A stretch of 32,655 bases of DNA from IMG/VR virus record IMGVR_UViG_3300048856_000044, positions 1-32,655 of that record; one strand, given 5' to 3'. The stretch comes from a virus. Taxonomy: Duplodnaviria > Caudoviricetes. This document shows positions 16,051 through 25,375 of this stretch, piece after piece (positions within the stretch are counted from its first letter, which is position 1; every line of letters starts with the position of its first letter). The position numbers and the translations under genes are program-made. The notes beneath the pieces are model-generated. The model was not told the DNA's origin and did not search any database. It saw nothing but the letters and a program-made list of their open reading frames with translations.

Positions 16051-16425
16051 GTGGCGTGGAGGGTCTGCTCCCGCCCCGGCTGCGGCCGCCTGCACCAGGG
16101 CACGGGCCAGTGCCCGGAATGCCGAGCTGAGGCAGACCGCGGCCGTCGGCCGAAGGGCAACCCCTATGCGACCAAGGGGCACCAGGCCTTCCGTGATGGG
16201 GTGCTGGCCAAGCACCCGCGCTGCGTCTGCGCCGGCGAGTGCGGCAAGCACGACACGCTGTGCGCCGCCGTGGCCACCGTCGCCGACCACCATCCGCTCG
16301 AGCGCGACGAGCTGGTCGCCGCTGGCCTCAACCCGAACGACCCGCGGCACGGCCGCGGGCTGTGCGCGCCGTGCCACGGCGGCAAGACCGCGCGGACGCG
16401 GCCCGCGGGATGGAACGACCGCTGA
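16051..16425 (+). CDS. HNH endonuclease (terminase-associated)
   Basis: GGAGG SD. CSRPGC..CPEC N-terminal finger, then HPRCVC...ATVADHHP...GRGLCAPCHGGKT. Immediately upstream of TerS. Confidence 0.9.
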   Translation: MAWRVCSRPGCGRLHQGTGQCPECRAEADRGRRPKGNPYATKGHQAFRDGVLAKHPRCVCAGECGKHDTLCAAVATVADHHPLERDELVAAGLNPNDPRHGRGLCAPCHGGKTARTRPAGWNDR

Positions 16426-16477
16426 CGAACCCCGCTTCGAGCGCGCGATCGACGTCGTCGAGGCCGCCGCGCCGAGC

Positions 16478-16590
16478 GGGTGGGGGGGAGGCCCCCTCCG
16501 GCCCCCCGGCCAGGACCGCCGGGGAGGGCGCTCGGAGGTGCGGAGGGTTCAGAACTTTTGACGTTTCCGCAGGTCAGACCTGCTTTCCGC
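16478..16590. other. Candidate cos/packaging-initiation region
   Basis: Non-coding gap between HNH and TerS with G/C runs, CGCCGGGGA at 16517-16525 and palindrome GCAGGTC-A-GACCTGC at 16569-16583. Confidence 0.6.
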
Positions 16591-16648
16591 GGCGCGCAAG
16601 GCGGCCCGGGTCGACGCCGCGCAAGGCGGCTGAGGATGGTGAGTAGGC

Positions 16649-17194
16649 ATGAAGGGTGGAGCGAGGAACCGGTCGGGCCCGCCGCAGGACCCGAAGTCCG
16701 GCCGCAGCGAGCGGCGCGGCCTGCAGTTCACGCGGCTGCCGGTCGAAGGGCACGACGGCGAGGTGCCGGCGTTCCCGCTGCCGCGGATGCAGCGGACGAA
16801 GGTCGAGGTAGTCGATGGCACCAAGAAGACCGTGCTCGACAAGGCGACGACCGAGCGGTACCGCCGGCGCGAGCTCGCGATCTGGGAAGAGGTCTGGCGT
16901 TCGCCGCAGGCCGCGGCGTGGGCGCGCCCGAAGTGGGCGTATCTGCACCAGACCGTCGCGGAGTTCTGCCGGCTCAAGGCCGTGGTCGAGGCCTCGCCGG
17001 ACGCCAACGCCGCCCTGGTCGCTCAGCTGCACCGCTACCGCGACCAGATCGGCCTGACCAAGGCCGGCATGCGCGAGCACGGCTGGGACATCCCCGACGA
17101 CGAGCTCGAGGCGCGCCGCGAGGAGCAGGTCAGCGAGCCCGCCGTGCAGGAGGAGGCTCCGCGACGTCGTCTGTCGGCGGTGCCCGGTGCGTAG
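16649..17194 (+). CDS. Terminase small subunit
   Basis: MKGGARNRSGPP N-terminus, WEEVWRSPQAAAW and IGLT motifs. Directly upstream of TerL. Confidence 0.85.
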   Translation: MKGGARNRSGPPQDPKSGRSERRGLQFTRLPVEGHDGEVPAFPLPRMQRTKVEVVDGTKKTVLDKATTERYRRRELAIWEEVWRSPQAAAWARPKWAYLHQTVAEFCRLKAVVEASPDANAALVAQLHRYRDQIGLTKAGMREHGWDIPDDELEARREEQVSEPAVQEEAPRRRLSAVPGA

Positions 17195-18284
17195 CGCCGG
17201 CGTCGGGGCGGTCGACTTCCCGACGCTCGGGCACCTGATCGACGCGTGGATCGAGCAGCACTGCCGCGTCCCACAGGGCTTCGCCCGCGGCCAGTCGTTC
17301 AAGACGGCCGACTGGCAGTTCTGGTGCATCGCGAACCACTACCGCGTCCGCGACGACGCCCGCTGGATCCCCGAGCGTCCGCTGCTCAACCAGGCGTTCG
17401 TCTACCGGCGCTCGCAGATCGTCGCGCCGCAGAAGACGGGCAAGGGCCCGCTGGGCGCGTCAATCACGGCGGCCGAGGCGGCCGGGCCGGTCATCTTCGG
17501 TGGCCACGCCCGCCGCGGCGATCGGTACCGCTGTGACGACAACGGGTGCGACTGCGGGTGGACCTACGAGTACCTCGCCGGCGAGCCGAAGGGCATCCGC
17601 CATCCCTCGCCGCTGATCCAGCTGACGGCGACGTCGGAGGACCAGGTCGACACCAACTTGTTCGGCCACCTGCGCACGTCGATCCGGCTGGGCCCGCTCA
17701 AGGACCTGCTGCTCACGCGCGAGGGGTTCGTGCGGATCGTCGGCTCCGGCGACGAGGATGACCCCGAAGCCGACCGCATCGACGTCGTCACGGCGTCGGC
17801 CAACTCCCGCGTCGGCAACCCGATCTCGTTCGCCGTGCAGGACGAGACCGGCCTGTACACCGCGTCGAACAAGATGCGCGCCGTCGCCGAGGGCCAGCGC
17901 CGCGGCGCCGCCGGCATGGGCGGGCGCACGCTCGAGATGACCAACGCGTGGGACCCGTCGGAGAACTCGGTCGCCCAGACGACCTACGAGACGAACGCGG
18001 CCGACGTGTTCGTCTTCTACCGCAACCCCGACGACGTGCCCGAGCTGCGCGACAAGAGCGGCAACCGGCTCGACTACACCCGCAAGGACCATCGGCAGCG
18101 GCTGCACGAGTTCGCCTACGAGGGCTCCTGGTGGGTCGATCTCAACTCGATCGAGGGCGAGGCGGCCGAGCTCGTGACGAAGGACCCCGCCCAGGCCGCG
18201 CGGTTCTTCGGCAACCGCCTCGAGTACGGCGCCGGCGCCTGGGATGCCGAAGGGCTGTGGAGGCTGGCATATGCAGGGGCCTGA
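17187..18284 (+). CDS. Terminase large subunit, ATPase domain
   Basis: Walker A APQKTGKG, Walker B FAVQDETG and motif III TNAW. Confidence 0.9.
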   Translation: MRSAGVGAVDFPTLGHLIDAWIEQHCRVPQGFARGQSFKTADWQFWCIANHYRVRDDARWIPERPLLNQAFVYRRSQIVAPQKTGKGPLGASITAAEAAGPVIFGGHARRGDRYRCDDNGCDCGWTYEYLAGEPKGIRHPSPLIQLTATSEDQVDTNLFGHLRTSIRLGPLKDLLLTREGFVRIVGSGDEDDPEADRIDVVTASANSRVGNPISFAVQDETGLYTASNKMRAVAEGQRRGAAGMGGRTLEMTNAWDPSENSVAQTTYETNAADVFVFYRNPDDVPELRDKSGNRLDYTRKDHRQRLHEFAYEGSWWVDLNSIEGEAAELVTKDPAQAARFFGNRLEYGAGAWDAEGLWRLAYAGA

Positions 18285-18912
18285 CGAGCGGCTGTGGCTG
18301 CCGAACCCGCCGCGCGGCATCAGCGTGTGCGGCGGGTTCGACGGCTCGGAGAACGACGACTGGACCGCGATCAAGCTCGAGACCCGCGAAGGGCTGATCT
18401 TCACCCCGCGGTACGGGCCCGACGAGCGCCCGGCCATCTGGAACCCGGCGGAGTTCGGCGGCCGGATCCCGCGAGACCAGGTGAACGTCGCCTGGCGCGA
18501 GATCCGCGAGCGGTACCAGCTGCTGCGCGTGTACTGCGACCCCGGCTTCCGCGACGAGATGTCGTGGGAGTCGGACATCGAGGCCTGGGACCAAGAGTTC
18601 GGCCCGAAGGTCTTCATCCCCTGGCAGATGTCCGGCAGCACGCGCATCAACGCGGTGTTCGCCGCGCTGCGGCGGTTCGAGGCCGACCTCAAGGGGCGGC
18701 GGATCACGCACGACGGCTGCCCGCACACCGAGGCGCACATGGCCAACGCCCGAAAGGTCGCCCGCGGCGCCGAGCGGTACGGGCTGGGCAAGCCGGCCCA
18801 GCACCAGAAAATCGACCTCGCCGTGACCTCCGTGCTCGCACACGAGGCCGCCGCGGACATGAGGGCCGAGGGCTGGCCCGAGAACAAGCCCAGCTACGTC
18901 TACATCGCGTGA
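18271..18912 (+). CDS. Terminase large subunit, RNase H-like nuclease domain (separate gene)
   Basis: Own SD GGAGG (18259-18263) and ATG. Acidic nuclease motifs GFDGSENDDWTA and QKIDLAV. Confidence 0.88.
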   Translation: MQGPDERLWLPNPPRGISVCGGFDGSENDDWTAIKLETREGLIFTPRYGPDERPAIWNPAEFGGRIPRDQVNVAWREIRERYQLLRVYCDPGFRDEMSWESDIEAWDQEFGPKVFIPWQMSGSTRINAVFAALRRFEADLKGRRITHDGCPHTEAHMANARKVARGAERYGLGKPAQHQKIDLAVTSVLAHEAAADMRAEGWPENKPSYVYIA

Positions 18913-18923
18913 GGAGGTACGCC

Positions 18924-20375
18924 GTGCTCGACGAGAACGCCGCGCGCCGCCACACCGAGAGGCTGTACCGGATCCTCGACTCGCGCCGCTCCGAGATCGA
19001 CGAGCTCGAGAAGTACGCCGAGGGCGAGCAGCCCCTGGTGTTCGCCTCCCCGAAGTGGGCCGAGTTCCACAAGGGCCGCTACGCGGGCTTCTCCGACAAC
19101 TGGTGCGGCGTCGTGGCCAACGCGCCGGCCGAGCGCCTGCGCCTGCTCGACTTCACCGTCCCGGACGACTCCGCGGCCGCGAAGTCGCTCATGGAGGTCT
19201 GGAAGCGCAACGACGGCGAGCTGCAGTCCGCCCAGGGCTTCCACACCGCGATCGTCGCGCGCCGCTCCTTCGTGCGCGTCTGGGGCGACCCGGCCACCGA
19301 CGAGGCGACGATGGACTTCCTGCACCCCTCGCAGGCGCTCGTCGAGTTCGACCAGAGCCGCCGCCGGCGCCGCTTCGGCATCGAGGCCTGGGTCGACGGC
19401 GAGCTCGAGTACGCCCACCTGTACGACAACGAGGCGCTGTACAAGTTCCAGCGTCCGCAGGGCCACCGCGTCACCGAGCAGCGCACGCCCGCCGGCGTGA
19501 TCGTCGTCGAGTCCGCCATCCGCCACGCCGGCGACGACGGCGGCTGGCTGCCCTACCAGGACGACGCCGACGACACCTGGCCGATCCCCAACCCCATGCG
19601 CAAGGTGCCGCTCGTCGAGCTGGCCAACCGCCCGCGCCTGGGCCGCTCGCCGGTCTCCGACATCGCCGGCACCAAGGCCATGCAGGACGCGATCAACCTG
19701 CTGTGGGCCTACCTGTTCGGCGCCGCCGACCACGCCTCGCTGCCGGCCCGCGTCGTCACCGGCCAGGACGCGCCGAAGGTGCCGATCCTCGACGAGAACG
19801 GCCAGAAGGTCGGCGAGCGCGAGGTCTCGATCAAGGAGCTCGAGAAGGGCCGCCTGCTCTGGCTCACCGGCAAGGACGCGAAGATCTCCCAGTGGGACGC
19901 CGCCCGCCTCGACGTCTTCACCGACGTCATCAAGGTCGCGGTCGGCCACATCGCCGCCCAGACCCGCACCCCAGCGCACTACCTGGTCAGCACAAGCGAC
20001 AACGTGCCCTCCACCGGGTACGAGCTGGCCGAGTCCGGCCTGGTGTCCAAGGTCGAGCAGGAGCAGCTGTTCTTCGGCTCCGACCTGCGCGAGGTGTTCG
20101 AGCTGCTCGCCCTCGCCGGCGACGACACGGCGCTCGCGGCCGCGGCGCGCGCCGGGCACGTGGACTGGCACGACGCCACGATCCGCAACGAGGCCCAGCG
20201 CGCCGACGCCCTGCAGAAGAAGCGCACGATGGGCTACCCGCTTCGGTACCTCCTCGAGCTCGAGGGACTGCCGAAGACGGAGATCGACCGCGTCATGGAG
20301 ATGGTGCAGCAGGAGCGCACCGACCCGACGTTCGCCGCGGTCGCGCGCGACGTCGCCAACTTCACCGGGGAGTGA
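18924..20375 (+). CDS. Portal protein (SPP1 gp6-like)
   Basis: GAGGAGG SD. Motifs YAEGEQPL, NWCGVVANAPAERL, VPLVELANRP and QDAIN. About 483 aa, after TerL. Confidence 0.92.
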   Translation: MLDENAARRHTERLYRILDSRRSEIDELEKYAEGEQPLVFASPKWAEFHKGRYAGFSDNWCGVVANAPAERLRLLDFTVPDDSAAAKSLMEVWKRNDGELQSAQGFHTAIVARRSFVRVWGDPATDEATMDFLHPSQALVEFDQSRRRRRFGIEAWVDGELEYAHLYDNEALYKFQRPQGHRVTEQRTPAGVIVVESAIRHAGDDGGWLPYQDDADDTWPIPNPMRKVPLVELANRPRLGRSPVSDIAGTKAMQDAINLLWAYLFGAADHASLPARVVTGQDAPKVPILDENGQKVGEREVSIKELEKGRLLWLTGKDAKISQWDAARLDVFTDVIKVAVGHIAAQTRTPAHYLVSTSDNVPSTGYELAESGLVSKVEQEQLFFGSDLREVFELLALAGDDTALAAAARAGHVDWHDATIRNEAQRADALQKKRTMGYPLRYLLELEGLPKTEIDRVMEMVQQERTDPTFAAVARDVANFTGE

Positions 20376-20381
20376 CGCGCC

Positions 20382-21704
20382 GTGGCCGACATCCCGAAGG
20401 CCACCGTCACCCACTACCGGCAGATGCAGCGCCTGCAGCTGCTGGCGCTTGCCGCGGCGCGGCGGGCCTGGGGCGGCGTCGAGGCGCGGTTCATCTCCGA
20501 GTCGTGGACCGAGGCGCTCGCCGCGCTGCTGCCCGTCGTCACCGGCGTGCAGCTGCAGGCGGCCACGGCCGGTGCGACCTACGCCGCGGCGACGCTGGCG
20601 GAGCAGAGCACCTACGTCGCACCGGCCGAGTTCACCGACCCGCGCGCCTTCGCCGGCGTCGCGTCGGACGGCCGCCCGCTCGAGGGTCTGCTGTACTCCC
20701 CCGCCACCACGGCCAAGCACTTGATCGCCGGCGGGGCGACACCCATGCAGGCGCTCGCCGGCGGCCGCGGCGCGCTGGACACGATCGTGCGCACGGTGAC
20801 GGCGGACGCCGCCCGGCAGGCGGCCGGCGTGGACATCGCCACCCGGCCCGCGGTCGGGTGGGTGCGGATGCTCAACCCGCCGTCGTGCTCGCGCTGCACG
20901 ATCCTGGCCGGGCGGGTCTACCGCTGGAACGACGGCTTCCTGCGCCACCCGCGCTGCGACTGCGTGCACGTGGCCACGACGACGTCGCTGCAGGCCGCTC
21001 GCGACGAGGGCCTGGTCGACGACCCCTACCAGGTGTTCGCCGCGCTCTCGGAGGCCGACCAGGACCGCACGTTCGGGCGGGCCAACGCCCAGGCGATCCG
21101 CGACGGCGCCGACATCTCGCAGGTGGTCAACGCCCGACGCGGCATGACGGCCAACGGCAACTTCACCACGGAGGGCACCAGCCGCCGCGGTGCGGCCGCC
21201 GGCGGCCTGCGGCCGGGGCAGCGACGCATGACGCCCGAGCTGATCTACCGGCAGGCCGGCGACGACCGCGACCGCGCGCTAGAGCTGCTGCGCGAGCACG
21301 GCTACCTCCTGCCCGCCGGGCAGGTGCCCGGCGGCGCGCTGCGCGGCCAGGCCCCCGGCTTCGGCGCCACGGGCCGCGGAGGCACTCGCCGCGCGGCCTC
21401 GCAGGCGGTGCTAGACGCGAACGCCACCGGCGTCCGCGACCCCGGCAGCCGCTACACGATGACGGCCGCCGAGCGGCGCCTGCACGACGCCCGGGCGCGC
21501 TACGAGGCCGCCCTCGCCGGGCGCGACCCCTACGGCAACTCGCAGGCGTTCAGCAACCGGCCCGACCCGACCGGCCGGCTGCGCGCCTACGGCTGGTCGT
21601 CAGCCTCCGGCCGGGCCCGCCCGGCGACGCCGGCCGTCCTGGCCCGCGCCGAGGCGGAGTACCGCCGCCTGCTCGCCACCGGCGGGCAGATCCACACGTC
21701 CTGA
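20382..21704 (+). CDS. MuF-like/VG15 minor head morphogenesis protein
   Basis: GWVRML...CSRCTILAG...FLRHPRCDC zinc-binding motif. Located between portal and scaffold. Confidence 0.8.
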   Translation: MADIPKATVTHYRQMQRLQLLALAAARRAWGGVEARFISESWTEALAALLPVVTGVQLQAATAGATYAAATLAEQSTYVAPAEFTDPRAFAGVASDGRPLEGLLYSPATTAKHLIAGGATPMQALAGGRGALDTIVRTVTADAARQAAGVDIATRPAVGWVRMLNPPSCSRCTILAGRVYRWNDGFLRHPRCDCVHVATTTSLQAARDEGLVDDPYQVFAALSEADQDRTFGRANAQAIRDGADISQVVNARRGMTANGNFTTEGTSRRGAAAGGLRPGQRRMTPELIYRQAGDDRDRALELLREHGYLLPAGQVPGGALRGQAPGFGATGRGGTRRAASQAVLDANATGVRDPGSRYTMTAAERRLHDARARYEAALAGRDPYGNSQAFSNRPDPTGRLRAYGWSSASGRARPATPAVLARAEAEYRRLLATGGQIHTS

Positions 21705-21762
21705 CGCCGCAAGGGCGTCGGGCTGACCCTCGCGCAACGCGAGAGAGCCAGGAGCAAGCACC

Positions 21763-22494
21763 ATGGCCGCACCCTCGTGCACCTACACGCCCGGCACCGC
21801 GACGATCGACATCACCGCCCCGGGCGGCATCGACGCACTGCTGGACTTCCACCGCCGCACCTTCGGCGACGCCGTCATGCGCGCCGACGACGGCGCGGAC
21901 GACGACAACGACGACGCCGACGACGACGCCGACGACGACGCCGAGGTCGACACGGGCGACGACGACGCGGACGACAGCGACGACGACGCGGACAGCCTGG
22001 GCGACAAGGGCAAGCGCGCGATCGCCCGCATGAAGGAGCGGCTCAAGAACGAGCGCGCCGCCCGCCGCGCCGCCGAGCAGCGCCTGGCCGAGAAGGACGG
22101 CGAGGACGACGCCGCGAAGCTCGAGCGCGAGGCGATCGCCAAGGCCAACGCCCGCATCAAGCGCTCCGAGATCAAGGCCGCCGCCAAGGGCGTACTGGCC
22201 GACCCGAACGACGCGTTCCTCTACCTCGACCTCGACCAGTTCGAGGTCGACGACGACGGGAACGTCGACGAGGACGAGATCGCCGACGCGATCGACGACC
22301 TCGTGAAGAAGAAGCCCTACCTGGCCGCGCAAGGCGGTCGCCGGTTCCAGGGCTCGGCAGGCGGCGGGGCTGGCAAGCAGTCCCGTCCGAAGCAGCTCAC
22401 CGAGGCGGATGTCTCCCGCCTCAGCCCCGAGCAGGTGGTCGAGGCCCGCAAGAAGGGCCAGCTCGACGACCTGCTCAAGGGCACCCGCCGGTAA
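21763..22494 (+). CDS. Capsid scaffolding protein
   Basis: Asp-rich tract, LGDKGKRAIARMK coiled coil and KPYLAAQGG motif. Directly upstream of the capsid gene. Confidence 0.88.
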   Translation: MAAPSCTYTPGTATIDITAPGGIDALLDFHRRTFGDAVMRADDGADDDNDDADDDADDDAEVDTGDDDADDSDDDADSLGDKGKRAIARMKERLKNERAARRAAEQRLAEKDGEDDAAKLEREAIAKANARIKRSEIKAAAKGVLADPNDAFLYLDLDQFEVDDDGNVDEDEIADAIDDLVKKKPYLAAQGGRRFQGSAGGGAGKQSRPKQLTEADVSRLSPEQVVEARKKGQLDDLLKGTRR

Positions 22495-22521
22495 CCACCA
22501 CCCGACCAAGGAGGGGCCACG

Positions 22522-23364
22522 ATGGCCATCCAGAACTTCATCGCAGCGGTCTGGTCCGCCCAGCTGCTGTTCGACTTCCGCCAGCAGTCGCTGGCCGCCG
22601 CGCTCGCCAACCGCGAGTACGAGGGCGAGGCCCGCCGCGGCAACCAGGTCAAGATCACCTCGGGCGTGCCCGTGGCGGTCAAGGACTACAAGGCCGCCGG
22701 CCGCACTACCACGCCCGACCCGCTCGCCGACACCGGGCAGACCCTCAACATCGACCAGGAGAAGAACTTCGACTTCTACGTCGACGACATCGACCGCGCG
22801 CAGGCGGCCGGGTCGCTCGAGGGCTACACCAGCGAGGCGGGCCTGTCGCTCGCCGAGGACGCCGACACCTTCCTGTGGGCCACCGCGGCGGCCGGCGCCG
22901 ACGCGGCCAACAAGCTCACCGGCGGCGGCACCGCGCCGGCCACCGGCGACGACGCGTTCGACATCATCAACGACATGGGCAAGGCGCTGAACAAGCGCAA
23001 GGTCCCCAAGGCCCGCCGCGTGCTCGCCGTCAACGCCGAGTTCGAGTCCCTGCTCACGCAGGCCAACTCGAGGCTCACGAGCGTCGACACCTCCGGCACG
23101 CCGGAGGGCCTGCGCGAGGCGACCCTGGGCCGCCTGCTCGGCTTCACCATCGTCTCGAGCGAGAACCTGCCCGAGACGGACGAGCCGATGGCGCTCGGCT
23201 TCTACCAGCCGGCGCTGGCCTACGTCTCGCAGATCACCGAGACCGAGGCCATGCGGGCCGAGAACAAGTTCGCCGACCGCCTGCGCGGTCTGCACGTCTA
23301 CGGCGGCAAGGTCATCCGGCCCAAGGCCGTGGCCACCTGGACCGTCGGAACGGCGGGTGCCTGA
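22522..23364 (+). CDS. Major capsid protein
   Basis: AAGGAGG SD. NFIAAVWS...NREYEG...LNIDQEKNFDF.VDD...RGLHVYGGKVIRP pattern of HK97-fold coat proteins. Confidence 0.92.
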   Translation: MAIQNFIAAVWSAQLLFDFRQQSLAAALANREYEGEARRGNQVKITSGVPVAVKDYKAAGRTTTPDPLADTGQTLNIDQEKNFDFYVDDIDRAQAAGSLEGYTSEAGLSLAEDADTFLWATAAAGADAANKLTGGGTAPATGDDAFDIINDMGKALNKRKVPKARRVLAVNAEFESLLTQANSRLTSVDTSGTPEGLREATLGRLLGFTIVSSENLPETDEPMALGFYQPALAYVSQITETEAMRAENKFADRLRGLHVYGGKVIRPKAVATWTVGTAGA

Positions 23365-23741
23365 TGAAGATCAAGGACCCCAGCGGCCAGGTCTGGAACC
23401 TGCCCACCTCCGTCGCGACCGGCCTGGCCGGCGGCGTCAACTCGAAGTGGGAGCTCGTCGGCGACGAGAAGCCGTCCGACGGCGGCGACACCGGCACCAC
23501 GCCGGAGCTGCGCTACCCCGAGGGCGAGCCGACCGACAAGTGGACGGTGCCGCAGCTCAAGGCCTTCGCCGCCGACCACGCGATCGACCTGGGCTCGGCG
23601 ACGAAGAAGCCGGACATCTTCGCCGCCGTCAAGGAGCACCCGGTCACCTCCGCGGTGAAGCCGGACCCTGACCACCAGGCCGACGACGAGGCCGACGCCG
23701 ACGAGAGCGACGAGGGCGGCGCCACCGGCGCCGCCTCCTGA
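23364..23741 (+). CDS. Hypothetical head-region protein with a short helix-extension-helix motif
   Basis: ATG overlaps the MCP stop. WTVPQLKAFAADHAIDLGSATKKPDIFAAV motif and acidic tail. Confidence 0.75.
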   Translation: MKIKDPSGQVWNLPTSVATGLAGGVNSKWELVGDEKPSDGGDTGTTPELRYPEGEPTDKWTVPQLKAFAADHAIDLGSATKKPDIFAAVKEHPVTSAVKPDPDHQADDEADADESDEGGATGAAS

Positions 23742-23758
23742 CGACGAGGGAGGCCGCC

Positions 23759-24349
23759 TTGGCACTCACACCGCTTGCTGAGGCGGCCGACCTCGCCGCC
23801 CGCCGGGTCGACATCGACACCGACCCGGAGGCCGTCGCCGCGGCGCTCGCCGCGGCGTCGGCCGCCGTCCGTGAGGCGGCTGGTGGCGCGACCATCAGCC
23901 GCCACACGGGCACGGTCCGCTTCGAGGGCTCGATGGACCAGTGGCTCACCCCGCCCGGGTGGGCCGTCACGGCCGTCGCCGACGTCGCGATCGACGGCAC
24001 CCCGGTCAGCGACTACCGGCTGATCGGCGGCCGCCTGTGGCGCGCCGGTGGCTGGCAGAACGGCTGGGGCCCGTCCGAGGTCTCCATGACCGTCACGCAG
24101 GGCGTCACCGCCGTGCCGGCCGACATCGTCGACCTGGTGTGCTCGCTCGCCGCGGCATCGCTGAACGCCGCGACCGAGGACGGCTACGACTCCCACCGCG
24201 GGCTGGCCTACGAGCGTATCGACGACTACCAGCGCGGTTTCCGCCAGGGTGACGACGAGATCGTCTCCCCCGTCGAGCTGCCGGCCGGCACCCGCAACTG
24301 GCTGCGTCAGCGCTTCGGCGGCGCGGCCACCGTCACGGAGACGCACTGA
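23759..24349 (+). CDS. Head-to-tail adaptor
   Basis: GGGAGG SD with TTG start. ASAAVREAAG...VPADIVDLVC...ERIDDY motifs and synteny. Confidence 0.82.
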   Translation: MALTPLAEAADLAARRVDIDTDPEAVAAALAAASAAVREAAGGATISRHTGTVRFEGSMDQWLTPPGWAVTAVADVAIDGTPVSDYRLIGGRLWRAGGWQNGWGPSEVSMTVTQGVTAVPADIVDLVCSLAAASLNAATEDGYDSHRGLAYERIDDYQRGFRQGDDEIVSPVELPAGTRNWLRQRFGGAATVTETH

Positions 24350-24765
24350 TGGGCGTCACACGACTGCTCGCAGCCGGCCGCCGGCGGGCCGAGGCGCTCA
24401 TGGTCGACCGGTGCGTGATCCGCCGTCCGCGCCCGCCAGTCACCGATCCCGAGACCGGCAAGGTGACCACGCCGCTCGAGCCGGTCTACGGCACCGAGGC
24501 CGAGCCCGGCCGGTGCAAGGTTCAGGCCTACGAGGCGCAGGAGGCCACGCCCGAGTCGGGCGGGGCCACCCTCACCGTCCAGCGCTACCGCGTCGACGTG
24601 CCGGTCAGCGCACCCGGCGGGTACGTGCCGCAGGTCGGCGACGTCGTCGAGGTCGTCACCGCGGCCGCCGACCCCAACCTCGCCGGCCGCACCTACCGGA
24701 CCGCCGGCCTGCTCCACAAGAGCCTCGCCACCGCGTACCGGCTCGGCGTCCAGGAGAACGCGTGA
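24349..24765 (+). CDS. Head-to-tail stopper (DUF6093-like)
   Basis: GRRRAEALMVDRC...DPETG...CKVQ...KSLATAYRL motifs and synteny. Confidence 0.8.
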   Translation: MGVTRLLAAGRRRAEALMVDRCVIRRPRPPVTDPETGKVTTPLEPVYGTEAEPGRCKVQAYEAQEATPESGGATLTVQRYRVDVPVSAPGGYVPQVGDVVEVVTAAADPNLAGRTYRTAGLLHKSLATAYRLGVQENA

Positions 24766-24992
24766 TCAACCCAGAGGACCGGCTGCGAGCACTGCTGCAG
24801 GAGCTCGAGAACGATGACGACGGTGACCTGGTCACCGGCTTCGTCATCATCGTCAAGACGGCCGTGCATGACAACGCCGGCGTCACCGGCTACCGCCGCT
24901 ACTGGTCGGGCCCGCCCGATGAGCTGCTCGGCCTGCTGCGCTACGCCACGCTGCGCGCCGAGCGCATGGTGGCCTACGACGAGGGGGGCTGA
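24762..24992 (+). CDS. Small hypothetical protein (76 aa) in the neck cluster
   Basis: GGAG SD, GTGA overlap upstream and TGATG coupling downstream. Confidence 0.7.
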   Translation: MINPEDRLRALLQELENDDDGDLVTGFVIIVKTAVHDNAGVTGYRRYWSGPPDELLGLLRYATLRAERMVAYDEGG

Positions 24993-25375
24993 TGTCCGAG
25001 TTCCAGCTCGACGACGACGAGGTGCGCGCCCTGGCCATCGACCTCGGCCGCATCGCCGACCAGGCGGTGCCGAAGGTCCGCCCCATCGTGCGCAAGGGCG
25101 CGGTCAACATCAAGAACGAGCTGCGCACCAACCTCGGGCGCTCGCGGTCCTTCAAGGGCGTCACCCCGGCGGTCTCCTTCGACACCCGCGAGTCGCCCAG
25201 CGGGATCGAGGCGGAGATCGGCCCGCGCAAGGGCAAGCCCGGGTCGTTGGCCAACGTCGCGTTCTTCGGCACCTCGCGCGGCGGCGGCACCGTCCCCGAC
25301 CCGCAGGAGGCGCTCGACGCCGAGGAGCCGCGGTTCCTCAAGGCGCTGGGCGGCCTGATCGACGGGGAGCTGTGA
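24992..25375 (+). CDS. HK97 gp10-like tail completion protein
   Basis: KGAVNIK...EAEIGP...LANVAFFGTS motif and synteny. Confidence 0.75.
   Translation: MSEFQLDDDEVRALAIDLGRIADQAVPKVRPIVRKGAVNIKNELRTNLGRSRSFKGVTPAVSFDTRESPSGIEAEIGPRKGKPGSLANVAFFGTSRGGGTVPDPQEALDAEEPRFLKALGGLIDGEL

Noticed and set aside
17187-18912. TerL as a frameshifted pseudogene or intron/intein-interrupted gene
   Set aside because: There is no intervening sequence, both domains are intact, and the second ORF has its own SD and start.
21886-21990. GAC-rich repeat tract
   Set aside because: It encodes the poly-Asp linker of the scaffolding protein; an in-frame codon repeat, not a separate element.
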